Below, piece after piece: positions 29,202-37,259 of a stretch of DNA of 44,521 bases. Position 1 is the first letter of the stretch. Each line of letters begins with the position of its first letter. The notes under the pieces are model-generated. The model saw nothing but the letters and a program-made list of their open reading frames with translations. It did not search any database and was not told where the DNA came from. Position numbers and translations under genes: made by a program. Source of the DNA: Candidatus Woesearchaeota archaeon (GTDB lineage Archaea > Nanobdellota > Nanobdellia > Woesearchaeales > UBA11576); NCBI GenBank assembly GCA_003695435.1, contig RFJL01000039.1, forward strand, positions 1 through 44,521, written 5' to 3'.

Positions 29202-29395
29202 AAGTAAAATTCTTACAGGCGATGAGTATCATTGTTCTTGCCTTCTTCGCCATCTTTCTTCTTAGCTTTGTTCTTGCAAACAAAGGAATAAAAATATTTG
29301 ACCTGGGATTTCCTGGCGTTGTTGAGAATTATATCGTCATCATCTTCTGCGTGGTATCACTTGTCAAGGCGTTCATTGAAATTTATGAAGCGTAA
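29198..29395 (+). CDS. Small two-TM membrane protein
   Basis: Two hydrophobic helices; translationally coupled to the upstream gene. Confidence 0.7.
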   Translation: MKVKFLQAMSIIVLAFFAIFLLSFVLANKGIKIFDLGFPGVVENYIVIIFCVVSLVKAFIEIYEA

Positions 29396-30256
29396 ACTGA
29401 CCCTTGCATTTCTTCCATATTTTTCACGATCAATGACTTTTTTATACTCCAAATTGGACAGCACCGCAGAAACTTTGGACTTTGACCAGCCCAATTCCTT
29501 AACGAGATCTTTTTGCATGACGGCATCCTTTTTTTTCTGCAAAACTTGCACCACAACTTTCTCATCAGGACTTAAAAGGTGAAGTGGAATTGATGAGATT
29601 TGTGCAGCGTAACTCTTTTTAGGTGATGAAAAAAGAACCCCTAGGATAAATCCTAACACTCCAAAAAATATCATGAGCGTCCATGCCTGCCATTCCTCAA
29701 ACTCACTAAAGAATTCGCCTATGTTTTTTTCTTGTGCTTCAGCGGATGCGAAGGTAATCTCGTAGATTGCTGGAAGCTTAGGGCTATGATCACTCCATTT
29801 CACGATAATGTGCGATCCATCAGTATCAATCCCTGAAGGGAGAGGAACAATCGCAGGTGTATCTGACTTTTGCACGACGGCTCCTTGAGGCAGTTTGACA
29901 TCATACTCAAACATCAAAGGTGTTACGGGAATTGAGACTGTCCTTGTGAACTTATGCACGTCGCCTTGTTCTGTTACTACGTTGGGAAGGGTGTAAGAGA
30001 ATTCAATTAGACACGATTCACATTCCAATGAGAAGTTGAGAACATCATTTTCAAAGGTGTGTGCAAGATCGCTTGTAACATCTTTTGCTCCCCGGGGGAG
30101 GTTGAGTGAGAAATGGTCTTGCGTGTTATTCGTGAGCACGATGTGTACACTCTCAAGAGCATCATGCTCGGTAAGGGTATCTGCAAGGGTTACTTTTTCC
30201 ACTTGTGCAGAAAGCACTGAGGGTAAGAGTAAGATTAAGATAAGGAGGTATTTCAT
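29357..30256 (-). CDS. Membrane-anchored winged-helix regulator (signal peptide, extracellular beta domain, TM, MarR-like wHTH; COG2512-like)
   Basis: Signal peptide MKYLLILILLLPSVLSA; TM WTLMIFFGVLGFILGVLF; LSPDEK..V...MQKDLVKELGWSKSKVSAVLSNLE.K.VI.REKYGR. Confidence 0.82.
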   Translation of the reverse strand: MKYLLILILLLPSVLSAQVEKVTLADTLTEHDALESVHIVLTNNTQDHFSLNLPRGAKDVTSDLAHTFENDVLNFSLECESCLIEFSYTLPNVVTEQGDVHKFTRTVSIPVTPLMFEYDVKLPQGAVVQKSDTPAIVPLPSGIDTDGSHIIVKWSDHSPKLPAIYEITFASAEAQEKNIGEFFSEFEEWQAWTLMIFFGVLGFILGVLFSSPKKSYAAQISSIPLHLLSPDEKVVVQVLQKKKDAVMQKDLVKELGWSKSKVSAVLSNLEYKKVIDREKYGRNARVSLRFINFNERLDK

Positions 30257-30439
30257 GACTTTCTAAATTGTTCAGAACTATTTAAATATGGTGGTTGAAA
30301 ATAAACGTTTTCTTTTATTGTTCTGAACTCTTAAACTATTGTATTGTCGCTTCTCAGAGCATTTCGAGTTCTTTTAAAGCATTTGGTTTGTATGGTTTAC
30401 ACAGATGTATTATATACTATTTATTGGTGATTGTCCACA

Positions 30440-30645
30440 TAAATGGTTCGCGTATCCTTGCGACATTCCTCTTCATACTTGCAAGTTCTGCAAGATCAGA
30501 GAAGGGGATTTGTGCGGGAGCTTCCCACACGAACATCCTAAGACTTGCAAAGAATCTAAGAGCTGTGGGAGGAAGAACACTATGCATAAGAGTCAAAATA
30601 AGAAGTATTCGCGAGGAATACTATCAGTTGACTTAAGGAGGCGCT
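30440..30645 (+). promoter_or_regulatory. Candidate structured cis-regulatory leader RNA of the ferredoxin-ApbE operon
   Basis: Nested stems 30466-30477/30564-30574 and 30479-30486/30543-30550, internal hairpins, and anti-RBS 30450-30460 complementary to 30634-30644. Confidence 0.5.
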
Positions 30646-30879
30646 ATGGCGTATATTATTGAATACAAACAAGAAGATTGCATCGGAGCAGGAGAATGCG
30701 AAGCCCTCTCAAAGGACTTCTGGAAACTTAACAATAAAGGAAAGGCAGAGCTTAAAGGGGCTGTGCGTAATCCCTCAACAGGAAAATATGAGCTTCTCAT
30801 AAGTGATGAGGAATACGAACGCCAGCAACAAGTTGCAGGAAGCTGTCCAGTTGGGTGTATTTGCATTAAGAAGAAATGA
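30646..30879 (+). CDS. Ferredoxin (single cluster, probably 3Fe-4S)
   Basis: CIGAGEC...CPV motif (second Cys replaced by Ala); AAGGAGG ribosome-binding site. Confidence 0.9.
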   Translation: MAYIIEYKQEDCIGAGECEALSKDFWKLNNKGKAELKGAVRNPSTGKYELLISDEEYERQQQVAGSCPVGCICIKKK

Positions 30880-31523
30880 TTCCCGCAATACTGCACTCCA
30901 TGGAGGATGTAGCACAAGGTGTGCGCAATATACACCTCAAACTCAAAGAGCCTCTTAATTACAAGGCAGGGCAGTATGTTATGCTCGCATTTGAGGATGC
31001 CCTTGAGCAAAAACGCGCGTTTTCCATTCTTAACACTCAAGGAGATCTACTCACTCTGGGAATACAAGAACATAAAGACTTTACCAAAAGACTTTTCTCT
31101 TCTACAGCTGGAGAACGTATCGCAGTTTTTGGACCTTATGGGAGGTTTACCTTACGCTCTCCTCATAAAAACAATATTTTCATTGCAGGGGGAATAGGTA
31201 TTACACCTCTTCTTAGCATGTTGAGAGAGCTCCCTGAGCACGCGAATGCGCATCTATTCTACTGTGCAAAGTCACCTTCACACATGGCATATCTAAAAGA
31301 GGTACGCGCACTTCCTTTTGACGTAAGACTTTACTTTACACGAGTTGAAAGTTCTCTTGGGAAACATTCGCACATTACCCTGGAGGATATCAAGACGATC
31401 CCTCATTGGAGCAGTAGTGATTATTATATTTGCGGACCAAACGCCCTGATTGACACGTTTAGATCGGACCTCATCGCGGCAGGAGTCAAAGAAGATCACA
31501 TATACAGCGAGGACTTCAGATAA
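30876..31523 (+). CDS. FNR-like FAD/NAD(P)-binding oxidoreductase
   Basis: AGQYV, RAFSI, GPYGRF, FIAGGIGITP, YYICGP, SEDF. Confidence 0.93.
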   Translation: MIPAILHSMEDVAQGVRNIHLKLKEPLNYKAGQYVMLAFEDALEQKRAFSILNTQGDLLTLGIQEHKDFTKRLFSSTAGERIAVFGPYGRFTLRSPHKNNIFIAGGIGITPLLSMLRELPEHANAHLFYCAKSPSHMAYLKEVRALPFDVRLYFTRVESSLGKHSHITLEDIKTIPHWSSSDYYICGPNALIDTFRSDLIAAGVKEDHIYSEDFR

Positions 31524-32323
31524 TGTATGAGCGTAGTTATCCTCTTATGGGAGATAAGATCACCTTCACAATCTATGGAATTGAAGAAGTGATTGCAGAA
31601 CTGCTATGTGCTGACGCTTATGACTACGCCCTGAAACTTGAGAACATCTTCAATCTGTTTGATATGACCAGTGAGATTAACACTCTTAATGCTAAGCGGG
31701 ACATTAAAGTTTCACAACACCTTAACAAAGTTATCAAAAAAGCACTGGTCTATTGTGAAAAGACCAAAGGAAGGTATGACATCAGTAAAGGAAAAGCATT
31801 TCTCGCGCGTAAAAACAAACAATCTTTACCACGACTTTCCTGTACCTACAAGGACATTTACGTTAAAAAAGATAGAGTCGCACTTACGCATCCGGATGTT
31901 GTAATTGATCTCTCCAGCATTGCTAAAGGATATATTGTTGATGAACTCACCGCGTTTTTTCAATCGCACGGTGTAGAAGAGATTTTCATAGATGCAAGAG
32001 GAGATATGCGCATCGCAGGAGGTGAAGAAGTGGTTGATATACAGCACCCCCGAAAAAAAGGTGCCATTACAACTATAACTCTTAGGAATGAGGCAATTGC
32101 AACATCAGGAGATTATTTGCAATATGACCTTGACTATGAACACTCTCACGTACTTGGCAATGAACTTATTAGTGTAAGTGTTATTGCTGATGATCTGTGT
32201 ACCGCAGATGTTCTTGCAACCTGCTTGATGCTACTCAAACCACAAGAAGCTCAAGATTTCGCACGTAGAGAGGGGGTAAGAGCAATTTTACTTACTAAAG
32301 ATCTTCAAGAGGTGCGAGCATGA
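31523..32323 (+). CDS. apbE: FAD:protein FMN transferase (ApbE), no signal peptide
   Basis: LMG..I, SEI..LN, YDIS, IDLSSIAKGYIVD, RGDMR, IQHPR, AIATSGDY, SVSVIA...ADVLAT. Confidence 0.93.
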   Translation: MYERSYPLMGDKITFTIYGIEEVIAELLCADAYDYALKLENIFNLFDMTSEINTLNAKRDIKVSQHLNKVIKKALVYCEKTKGRYDISKGKAFLARKNKQSLPRLSCTYKDIYVKKDRVALTHPDVVIDLSSIAKGYIVDELTAFFQSHGVEEIFIDARGDMRIAGGEEVVDIQHPRKKGAITTITLRNEAIATSGDYLQYDLDYEHSHVLGNELISVSVIADDLCTADVLATCLMLLKPQEAQDFARREGVRAILLTKDLQEVRA

Positions 32324-33201
32324 AATCTTCACATCTTCTAATTCTTGGCAGTATTGTTGCTATACTCTATATTGTCCTGGCATCATTTATTACCACAACT
32401 CCACTTATCTGGATGCTCACACGCATCTTTGGACTGGTAAGTTTTTTCTTTCTTTTCGCAACCGTCTTCCTCGGAGAACTCCGACTCCTACGAAAAGTTA
32501 AAGCAGATCTTGCCATCTTCAAATATCACGTACCTTTTGCAATTGCAAGTTTCTATCTTAGTCTACTTCACGGAATATCTGCAGTAGCAGATAACTACAA
32601 ATGGGGGAAGGGCCTTCACATATCAGATTATTTAGGATTTAATTTTTCGGATAAATGGCTTGCACTTCTAAGTCTCGGAGTTTTGGCGTTTTATCTCCTT
32701 ATCCTCATTTCAATTACTTCTAGAAAACGAGTGATTCAATTTATTGGTTATAAGCGGTGGAAAAAAATTCACTACCTAAGCTACCCCCTCTTCATCATCG
32801 CGTTCATTCATAGTGTTGGTCTCGGAACAGATCTTAAGGTATCTGCGCTGCACACACCCATCTCATATATTTTCTGGATGTGTTTGTGGGTAATTCTCTC
32901 ACTACTTCTTGCACGTATCCTTAACACAGCAGGTATATTTGAGACACAAGGAGAAGTGAATGCACTTATCATGATCTCCTTGCTGGTAATTCTAGGTGGT
33001 GCAGTTATCGGATCCTTGTTCATCAAGGCAGAATCAAAGATTTCTTCTCAGCAACAAATTGCAGATACGCTTTCACAGGAATACTCGTTTCTGCAAAAAC
33101 AATACCAGGCAGCGCAGGCACAACACGCACAGCTTCTTGATGAGTTGAGCGCACTTCAAGCTCAAGAAGAGCAGTTACGAGGTGAGCTTAAGAATGGGTA
33201 A
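32320..33201 (+). CDS. Ferric reductase-like/MsrQ-like diheme membrane protein with C-terminal coiled coil
   Basis: Four His (KYH, LLH, KIH, FIH), ITS....IG.KRWK.IHYLSY, IHSVGLGTD; extra TM and Q/E-rich heptad tail. Confidence 0.88.
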   Translation: MKSSHLLILGSIVAILYIVLASFITTTPLIWMLTRIFGLVSFFFLFATVFLGELRLLRKVKADLAIFKYHVPFAIASFYLSLLHGISAVADNYKWGKGLHISDYLGFNFSDKWLALLSLGVLAFYLLILISITSRKRVIQFIGYKRWKKIHYLSYPLFIIAFIHSVGLGTDLKVSALHTPISYIFWMCLWVILSLLLARILNTAGIFETQGEVNALIMISLLVILGGAVIGSLFIKAESKISSQQQIADTLSQEYSFLQKQYQAAQAQHAQLLDELSALQAQEEQLRGELKNG

Positions 33202-33577
33202 GGCTACGAAGATCTTCCTAGGGGTTGTTACTTTTGCAATTATCCTACTGTATAGCATAGCGGCATTGGGTATAGTTGACCTTTATGATAGGCTTTCCCT
33301 GATCGATCGGGACGTCACCATTACTGCAGCGAGAAAAGCAAATTTACAAGCATCATTTGAACACCTTAAGGCACAGAACCTTGCTCTTGATAAACAAATA
33401 GCAAATCAGATCACAACGGTGAAACAGCTTCTTGATCAAGTAGAGAAAGAACAAGAACGCGCAGCTCTTCTGGAAGAACAGGCGCGATTGCAAGAACAGC
33501 AAAGACGTGCACAAGAAGCGTTACTTGCAGTACAGCAACCAGCACCTAAACCTAGAAGAGTTTCACGAGCATCTTAA
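33194..33577 (+). CDS. Single-TM coiled-coil protein ending in SRAS (candidate flavinylation substrate)
   Basis: GAGGTGA ribosome-binding site; MGKATK + TM, long heptad region, Pro linker, terminal VSRAS. Confidence 0.75.
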   Translation: MGKATKIFLGVVTFAIILLYSIAALGIVDLYDRLSLIDRDVTITAARKANLQASFEHLKAQNLALDKQIANQITTVKQLLDQVEKEQERAALLEEQARLQEQQRRAQEALLAVQQPAPKPRRVSRAS

Positions 33578-34342
33578 TGTTCTTTTCGCAATTGCTGAGA
33601 AGAGTTCTTTTGCATCTCCCTTTTTTAGTAAGGTGAGCCGAACAAATCTTGCAGCTTTATCATGCACACCATTTCTTGCAGGCTCAGGCATATCCTTAAA
33701 GTTGCTTGCAAGACCAGCGATGTTAAACTCTTTAATCTTTTTCACCCAAGCAGCTTCAAACGCGTACGCCTTAGCTTCTTCATCAACGGGGTCATCTAAG
33801 GGAGGGGTGAGTACGTGACCAAGCTCATGCCCCAGTGTCTCGAGCACAATGTCAAGCTCGCCTTCACGCACAAAAATCCGCGACCTCTGATACGTTGCAT
33901 GACCATTACGTGCAAAGCCAAGAATGCCTGGGTGAAAGTTTTCCTTGAGATGTTTTTTCATCGCTTCATAACTTAAGATGTGAATATCAATATCGCAAGG
34001 GAATTCTTTGTGCATAAGATGATCCCAGGTTTCAAGCAAATATTCCTTCACTTCTTCTGCTTTGCCGATGAATCGTGTCGGCGCTCTGTTCGGTTTCAAG
34101 AATGTGGTTGGTTGATCAATGTGCTGAATGCAAGTTGGTTCTTCTTGTTCATTTCCTTCGTAAAGAGTGGTTGGCGAGGCGTAGTGGGAAGGAGATTCAT
34201 AACTTGGCATTGATCTTACGTGTTCAACAAAAGAAGGGGAGTATTCGAGAGGTCGCTCAACGCCTGTCGCAGAATACATAATGTTTGAAGCATAGCTTGT
34301 GCGGAAAGGTGCCTGATATAAGGGCTGTCGCGAATACATCAT
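33563..34342 (-). CDS. Zincin-like metallopeptidase (HExxH)
   Basis: TLGHELGHVL...DEEAKAYAF; low-complexity Y/S/P N-terminus. Confidence 0.72.
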   Translation of the reverse strand: MMYSRQPLYQAPFRTSYASNIMYSATGVERPLEYSPSFVEHVRSMPSYESPSHYASPTTLYEGNEQEEPTCIQHIDQPTTFLKPNRAPTRFIGKAEEVKEYLLETWDHLMHKEFPCDIDIHILSYEAMKKHLKENFHPGILGFARNGHATYQRSRIFVREGELDIVLETLGHELGHVLTPPLDDPVDEEAKAYAFEAAWVKKIKEFNIAGLASNFKDMPEPARNGVHDKAARFVRLTLLKKGDAKELFSAIAKRTLRCS

Positions 34343-34479
34343 ATGAGAGGTATAAAGACAGAGGGAAATAAGAAGATTGTGTGACAATCACATCAGAACT
34401 ACTGTCTCCTTGCGCTATAGATGTATCCAAAAGAAAGGTTAAAGAAAAAAGGAGAAGAAATAATTTAACCGTTCAAGGT

Positions 34480-34794
34480 TCAAAGGCTTTTGAACCATTC
34501 TTGAGCTGGCTTACCGATGAGTGGAATTGGCTTTTCAACTCCTTGGATGGCATAGACGAATCCTATGATCCAGAAGACGAAGAGAACGATCCATGCAAAC
34601 ATACGTACCAGAGGGATCCAGCCTAGAATGATTCCTACAATTGCTAAAAGCAATGTCTGGCGAAGATGATAGCTGCCAAGTCTTGTCTTGCCCTGTGTGA
34701 AATGTAGCACCAGAGCGATGATCCACCCAATGATGGTCAAGTAGCTCAAAATAGCTACCAGCTGTCCCCTATGGGCTGTATTTGTTTTTGTCAT
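34480..34794 (-). CDS. DUF4870-like small membrane protein
   Basis: AILSYL.IIGWIIA, YHLRQ, A.QG.EKPIPLIG. Confidence 0.85.
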   Translation of the reverse strand: MTKTNTAHRGQLVAILSYLTIIGWIIALVLHFTQGKTRLGSYHLRQTLLLAIVGIILGWIPLVRMFAWIVLFVFWIIGFVYAIQGVEKPIPLIGKPAQEWFKSL

Positions 34795-34814
34795 GGAGCA
34801 GAACGTAAGAAAGT

Positions 34815-35072
34815 TTATTTATAAAGCTTCTTGCGGCGTATCTCTTTATACAAGAACAGGGAAACGCCGCCAAAGATCAAAGAGAGACCGAAAAGAACGT
34901 CAATCCAGTGTGGTTTCAGCTCTTCTGGGGGCATAGCGAACCCGCAAAGATTTTCAGGAGCGCAATCCTCTCCTGAGCAGCAACTCTGAGAGATTACGTA
35001 GCCTGTTATGCTGTTTCCTAGAAATAAACCTCCAAGAACGATGAGCGCAAGGGAGAATAAGTATATCTTCAT
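34815..35072 (-). CDS. Small two-TM protein with Cys-rich loop
   Basis: TM, ITGYVISQSCCSGEDCAPENLC, TM, basic tail. Confidence 0.75.
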   Translation of the reverse strand: MKIYLFSLALIVLGGLFLGNSITGYVISQSCCSGEDCAPENLCGFAMPPEELKPHWIDVLFGLSLIFGGVSLFLYKEIRRKKLYK

Positions 35073-35273
35073 CTGCTGACCCGTATGTCAAGAGTATATT
35101 AAATTCTTTTTGTTTTTTACAGGAGGTTTATCATTTGCTTCACTCTTCTGCACTGTACCTCATTGTATCGTACTCTTTCGCAAGCAAAAAGGAAGGGGCT
35201 GCCTCCTTACTCTTCTTCTAAAACACTCTTTTGTAGGAAGCCATATATACTCCCTCGAGGCGTAACACAGTCT

Positions 35274-35828
35274 ATGACGTTCACTCTAGAACACCGCTAT
35301 GAAACGACCCGTAAAGGGGATTTTGTTGTAGCGATAGCGCTTGACACTTATGAAGAGATCTTCAATGAATGGGATAATACTAAAGCATATCACAAAAAAG
35401 ACCTTGATGAGGAGTTCGTAGCATATCTTATCGAGAGTTTTGATGAACTTAAAGGACGAAATGCAGTGATCCGCCTAGATATTCCTAAACGCGATAAGAA
35501 GAAAAAAAAGGCGATTAAAGGTATCCATCTCTATTTTGATTACCTGTCTGCACTCAAGAAAAAAGAATTACGTGTGTTCTTCTCAAAAATGGTTGGAGTT
35601 GTCATCATCGGAGCAACCTTCATCAGTGCATCAGTCATCTTCGCAGCACAGGAATCACTCGAGGAAAATTTGCTCAATTCATTGTTTCATGAAGGAATGG
35701 TCATTGTCGGATGGGTCACGATCTGACAAGTTGTCACTTGGCTGCTCTCTGATTGGATTGTTCTCATCAAAGAGCTTAACATCCTCAAGAAGATCGCAAA
35801 AGTAAGGATTGAATTCGAGAAGCAATGA
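35274..35828 (+). pseudogene. Membrane protein gene with an internal TGA stop
   Basis: MTFTLEHRY...GWVTI*QVVTWLLSDWIVLIKELNILKKIAKVRIEFEKQ*. TGA 35724-35726 interrupts a TM helix and the frame stays open to 35828. Confidence 0.7.
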
Positions 35829-36431
35829 TCACTTCTTTCTCAAGAGGGTCTCATACGCGATGTCAAGCTTATGCGCGGCATCCCTAAGAGATGAGGACTC
35901 CTTAATCACGGCATTAATGAAGGCTTTTTCAAAACGCTCTTCTGCTTCTTTGAGAGTTGGGTGTTCTTCAGGAAGAAGGTCTACAATTTCACTGGAAACG
36001 TCATATACTTTATTGTATGCTTCACTGAGCCGTTGTGGGTGTACAATACCTTCGTATTGTCTGAGTTCGCCTTCAATTAACCCCGCAATTTCATCTTTTC
36101 TCAACTCATAAGGCTTGATCATCTCCTCACGAATGCGCTCAACATCAATACCTGTTTCTGAAATAAACCTATGAAGGCTTCTTCGATCAATGCCTGCAAG
36201 TTTTGCAGCTTCAGAAATATTTCCGTACGTCATGCGGAGCAAACGTCTAAAATACGTCACTCTGTAGCGTTTCTTTGCTTCTTTAAGAGTAAGAGACGTG
36301 TCAATATCAAAATCAAGAAGAGGGGATTGTTTGAGTCTTTGCGCAATGTTCTCATTCAGCTCCTCAATTGATACTCCGAGGAGTTTTGTAAGTTTTGGCT
36401 TGATTTGTTCTTCAAGAGAATGCTGCGACAT
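35829..36431 (-). CDS. Tandem Fis-type helix-turn-helix protein
   Basis: Two TLKEA..R(Y/F)... repeats, each with a Fis-like HTH (GNISEAAKLAGIDRRSLHR; SLRDAAHKLDIAYETLLRK). Start lies about 25 nt after TTTAAATA. Confidence 0.8.
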   Translation of the reverse strand: MSQHSLEEQIKPKLTKLLGVSIEELNENIAQRLKQSPLLDFDIDTSLTLKEAKKRYRVTYFRRLLRMTYGNISEAAKLAGIDRRSLHRFISETGIDVERIREEMIKPYELRKDEIAGLIEGELRQYEGIVHPQRLSEAYNKVYDVSSEIVDLLPEEHPTLKEAEERFEKAFINAVIKESSSLRDAAHKLDIAYETLLRKK

Positions 36432-36533
36432 GCATTGCAGAGTGCTGTTCTTGTATTTAAATGATCGTAGTTTTGCGTTTGTTTTCGCACAAACAAGGAA
36501 CATCTGGTATTTGATAGACTTGTCAAGGAGTAA

Positions 36534-36562
36534 TGCATAGATTCAGGTGTTGCATAGATTCA
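36534..36562. repeat. 12-bp direct repeat TGCATAGATTCA x2
   Basis: Copies at 36534-36545 and 36551-36562, upstream of the Fis-like gene. Confidence 0.6.
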
Positions 36563-36641
36563 TGCGTTATGTTTATGTGTGAGGGTAACAGAAGATGCAC
36601 GAAGAGGTACGCTGGTTACAAGCACCTTGGATGCCTAGAGG

Positions 36642-37115
36642 TCAGAACTTAAACACAGCAAATGTTGTCAAAATCGCAATTGCAACGATGATAATAAATA
36701 CTGCATCAAGAAATTGCTTTCCTTCAATTGCGGCTTCAGGGGTCTTTACAGCAGCGCCCGTAAATACTTCTTCTTCAAGTAACTGTTCACCCACAACTTG
36801 TGAGAGTGCAAAAGCAGATATCAAAACCGCTGCGATGATAAGCCAATACTTTGTCTCACCACCTTGCAAATATTGCTTGAAATGATAATCCCCGAAAAGA
36901 ACCAGCAGACCAAAAAGCATCACAATCATAAAGGCAATGACAACAGCGTAGGAGAGAAAAGTGCTCAGTGCAGGAATTACAAAAGGAATGCTAAGTATCA
37001 CACCCACCACAAGAGCAGCGCCAAAATTAGCATATCTTGTAGGTGCATCACGAAAGACATATCTTGCTATGAAAAATACAACAATTAGGACGAAGATCTG
37101 CTCTAACGAAGTCAT
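36642..37115 (-). CDS. Hypothetical integral membrane protein
   Basis: About 5 TM segments; TTTATA upstream. Confidence 0.75.
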   Translation of the reverse strand: MTSLEQIFVLIVVFFIARYVFRDAPTRYANFGAALVVGVILSIPFVIPALSTFLSYAVVIAFMIVMLFGLLVLFGDYHFKQYLQGGETKYWLIIAAVLISAFALSQVVGEQLLEEEVFTGAAVKTPEAAIEGKQFLDAVFIIIVAIAILTTFAVFKF

Positions 37116-37259
37116 ACTGTATTCTATTGTTACACTCCTATAAATATGCTCATCTTACCAAGTAGTATAAAGTACTCTGTTGGAGCTATGAGAAACGTGA
37201 CGAGCTAAGAAGGTAAAGAAGCTGCAGAGGGGGTTGTTGCTTGTCAAGAAGGTACGCCT

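Noticed and set aside
30453..30576. FMN riboswitch (TATCCTT...TGGGAGGAAGA ends look similar)
   Set aside because: The conserved FMN core sequences are not present.
30405..30662. 85-aa Cys/His-rich ORF upstream of the ferredoxin
   Set aside because: No ribosome-binding site, the ATG overlaps the likely TATA box, and the region is better explained by RNA structure. Not fully excluded.
35724..35726. Genome-wide TGA recoding
   Set aside because: TGA terminates many clear genes here (rps12, ferredoxin, apbE, relE).
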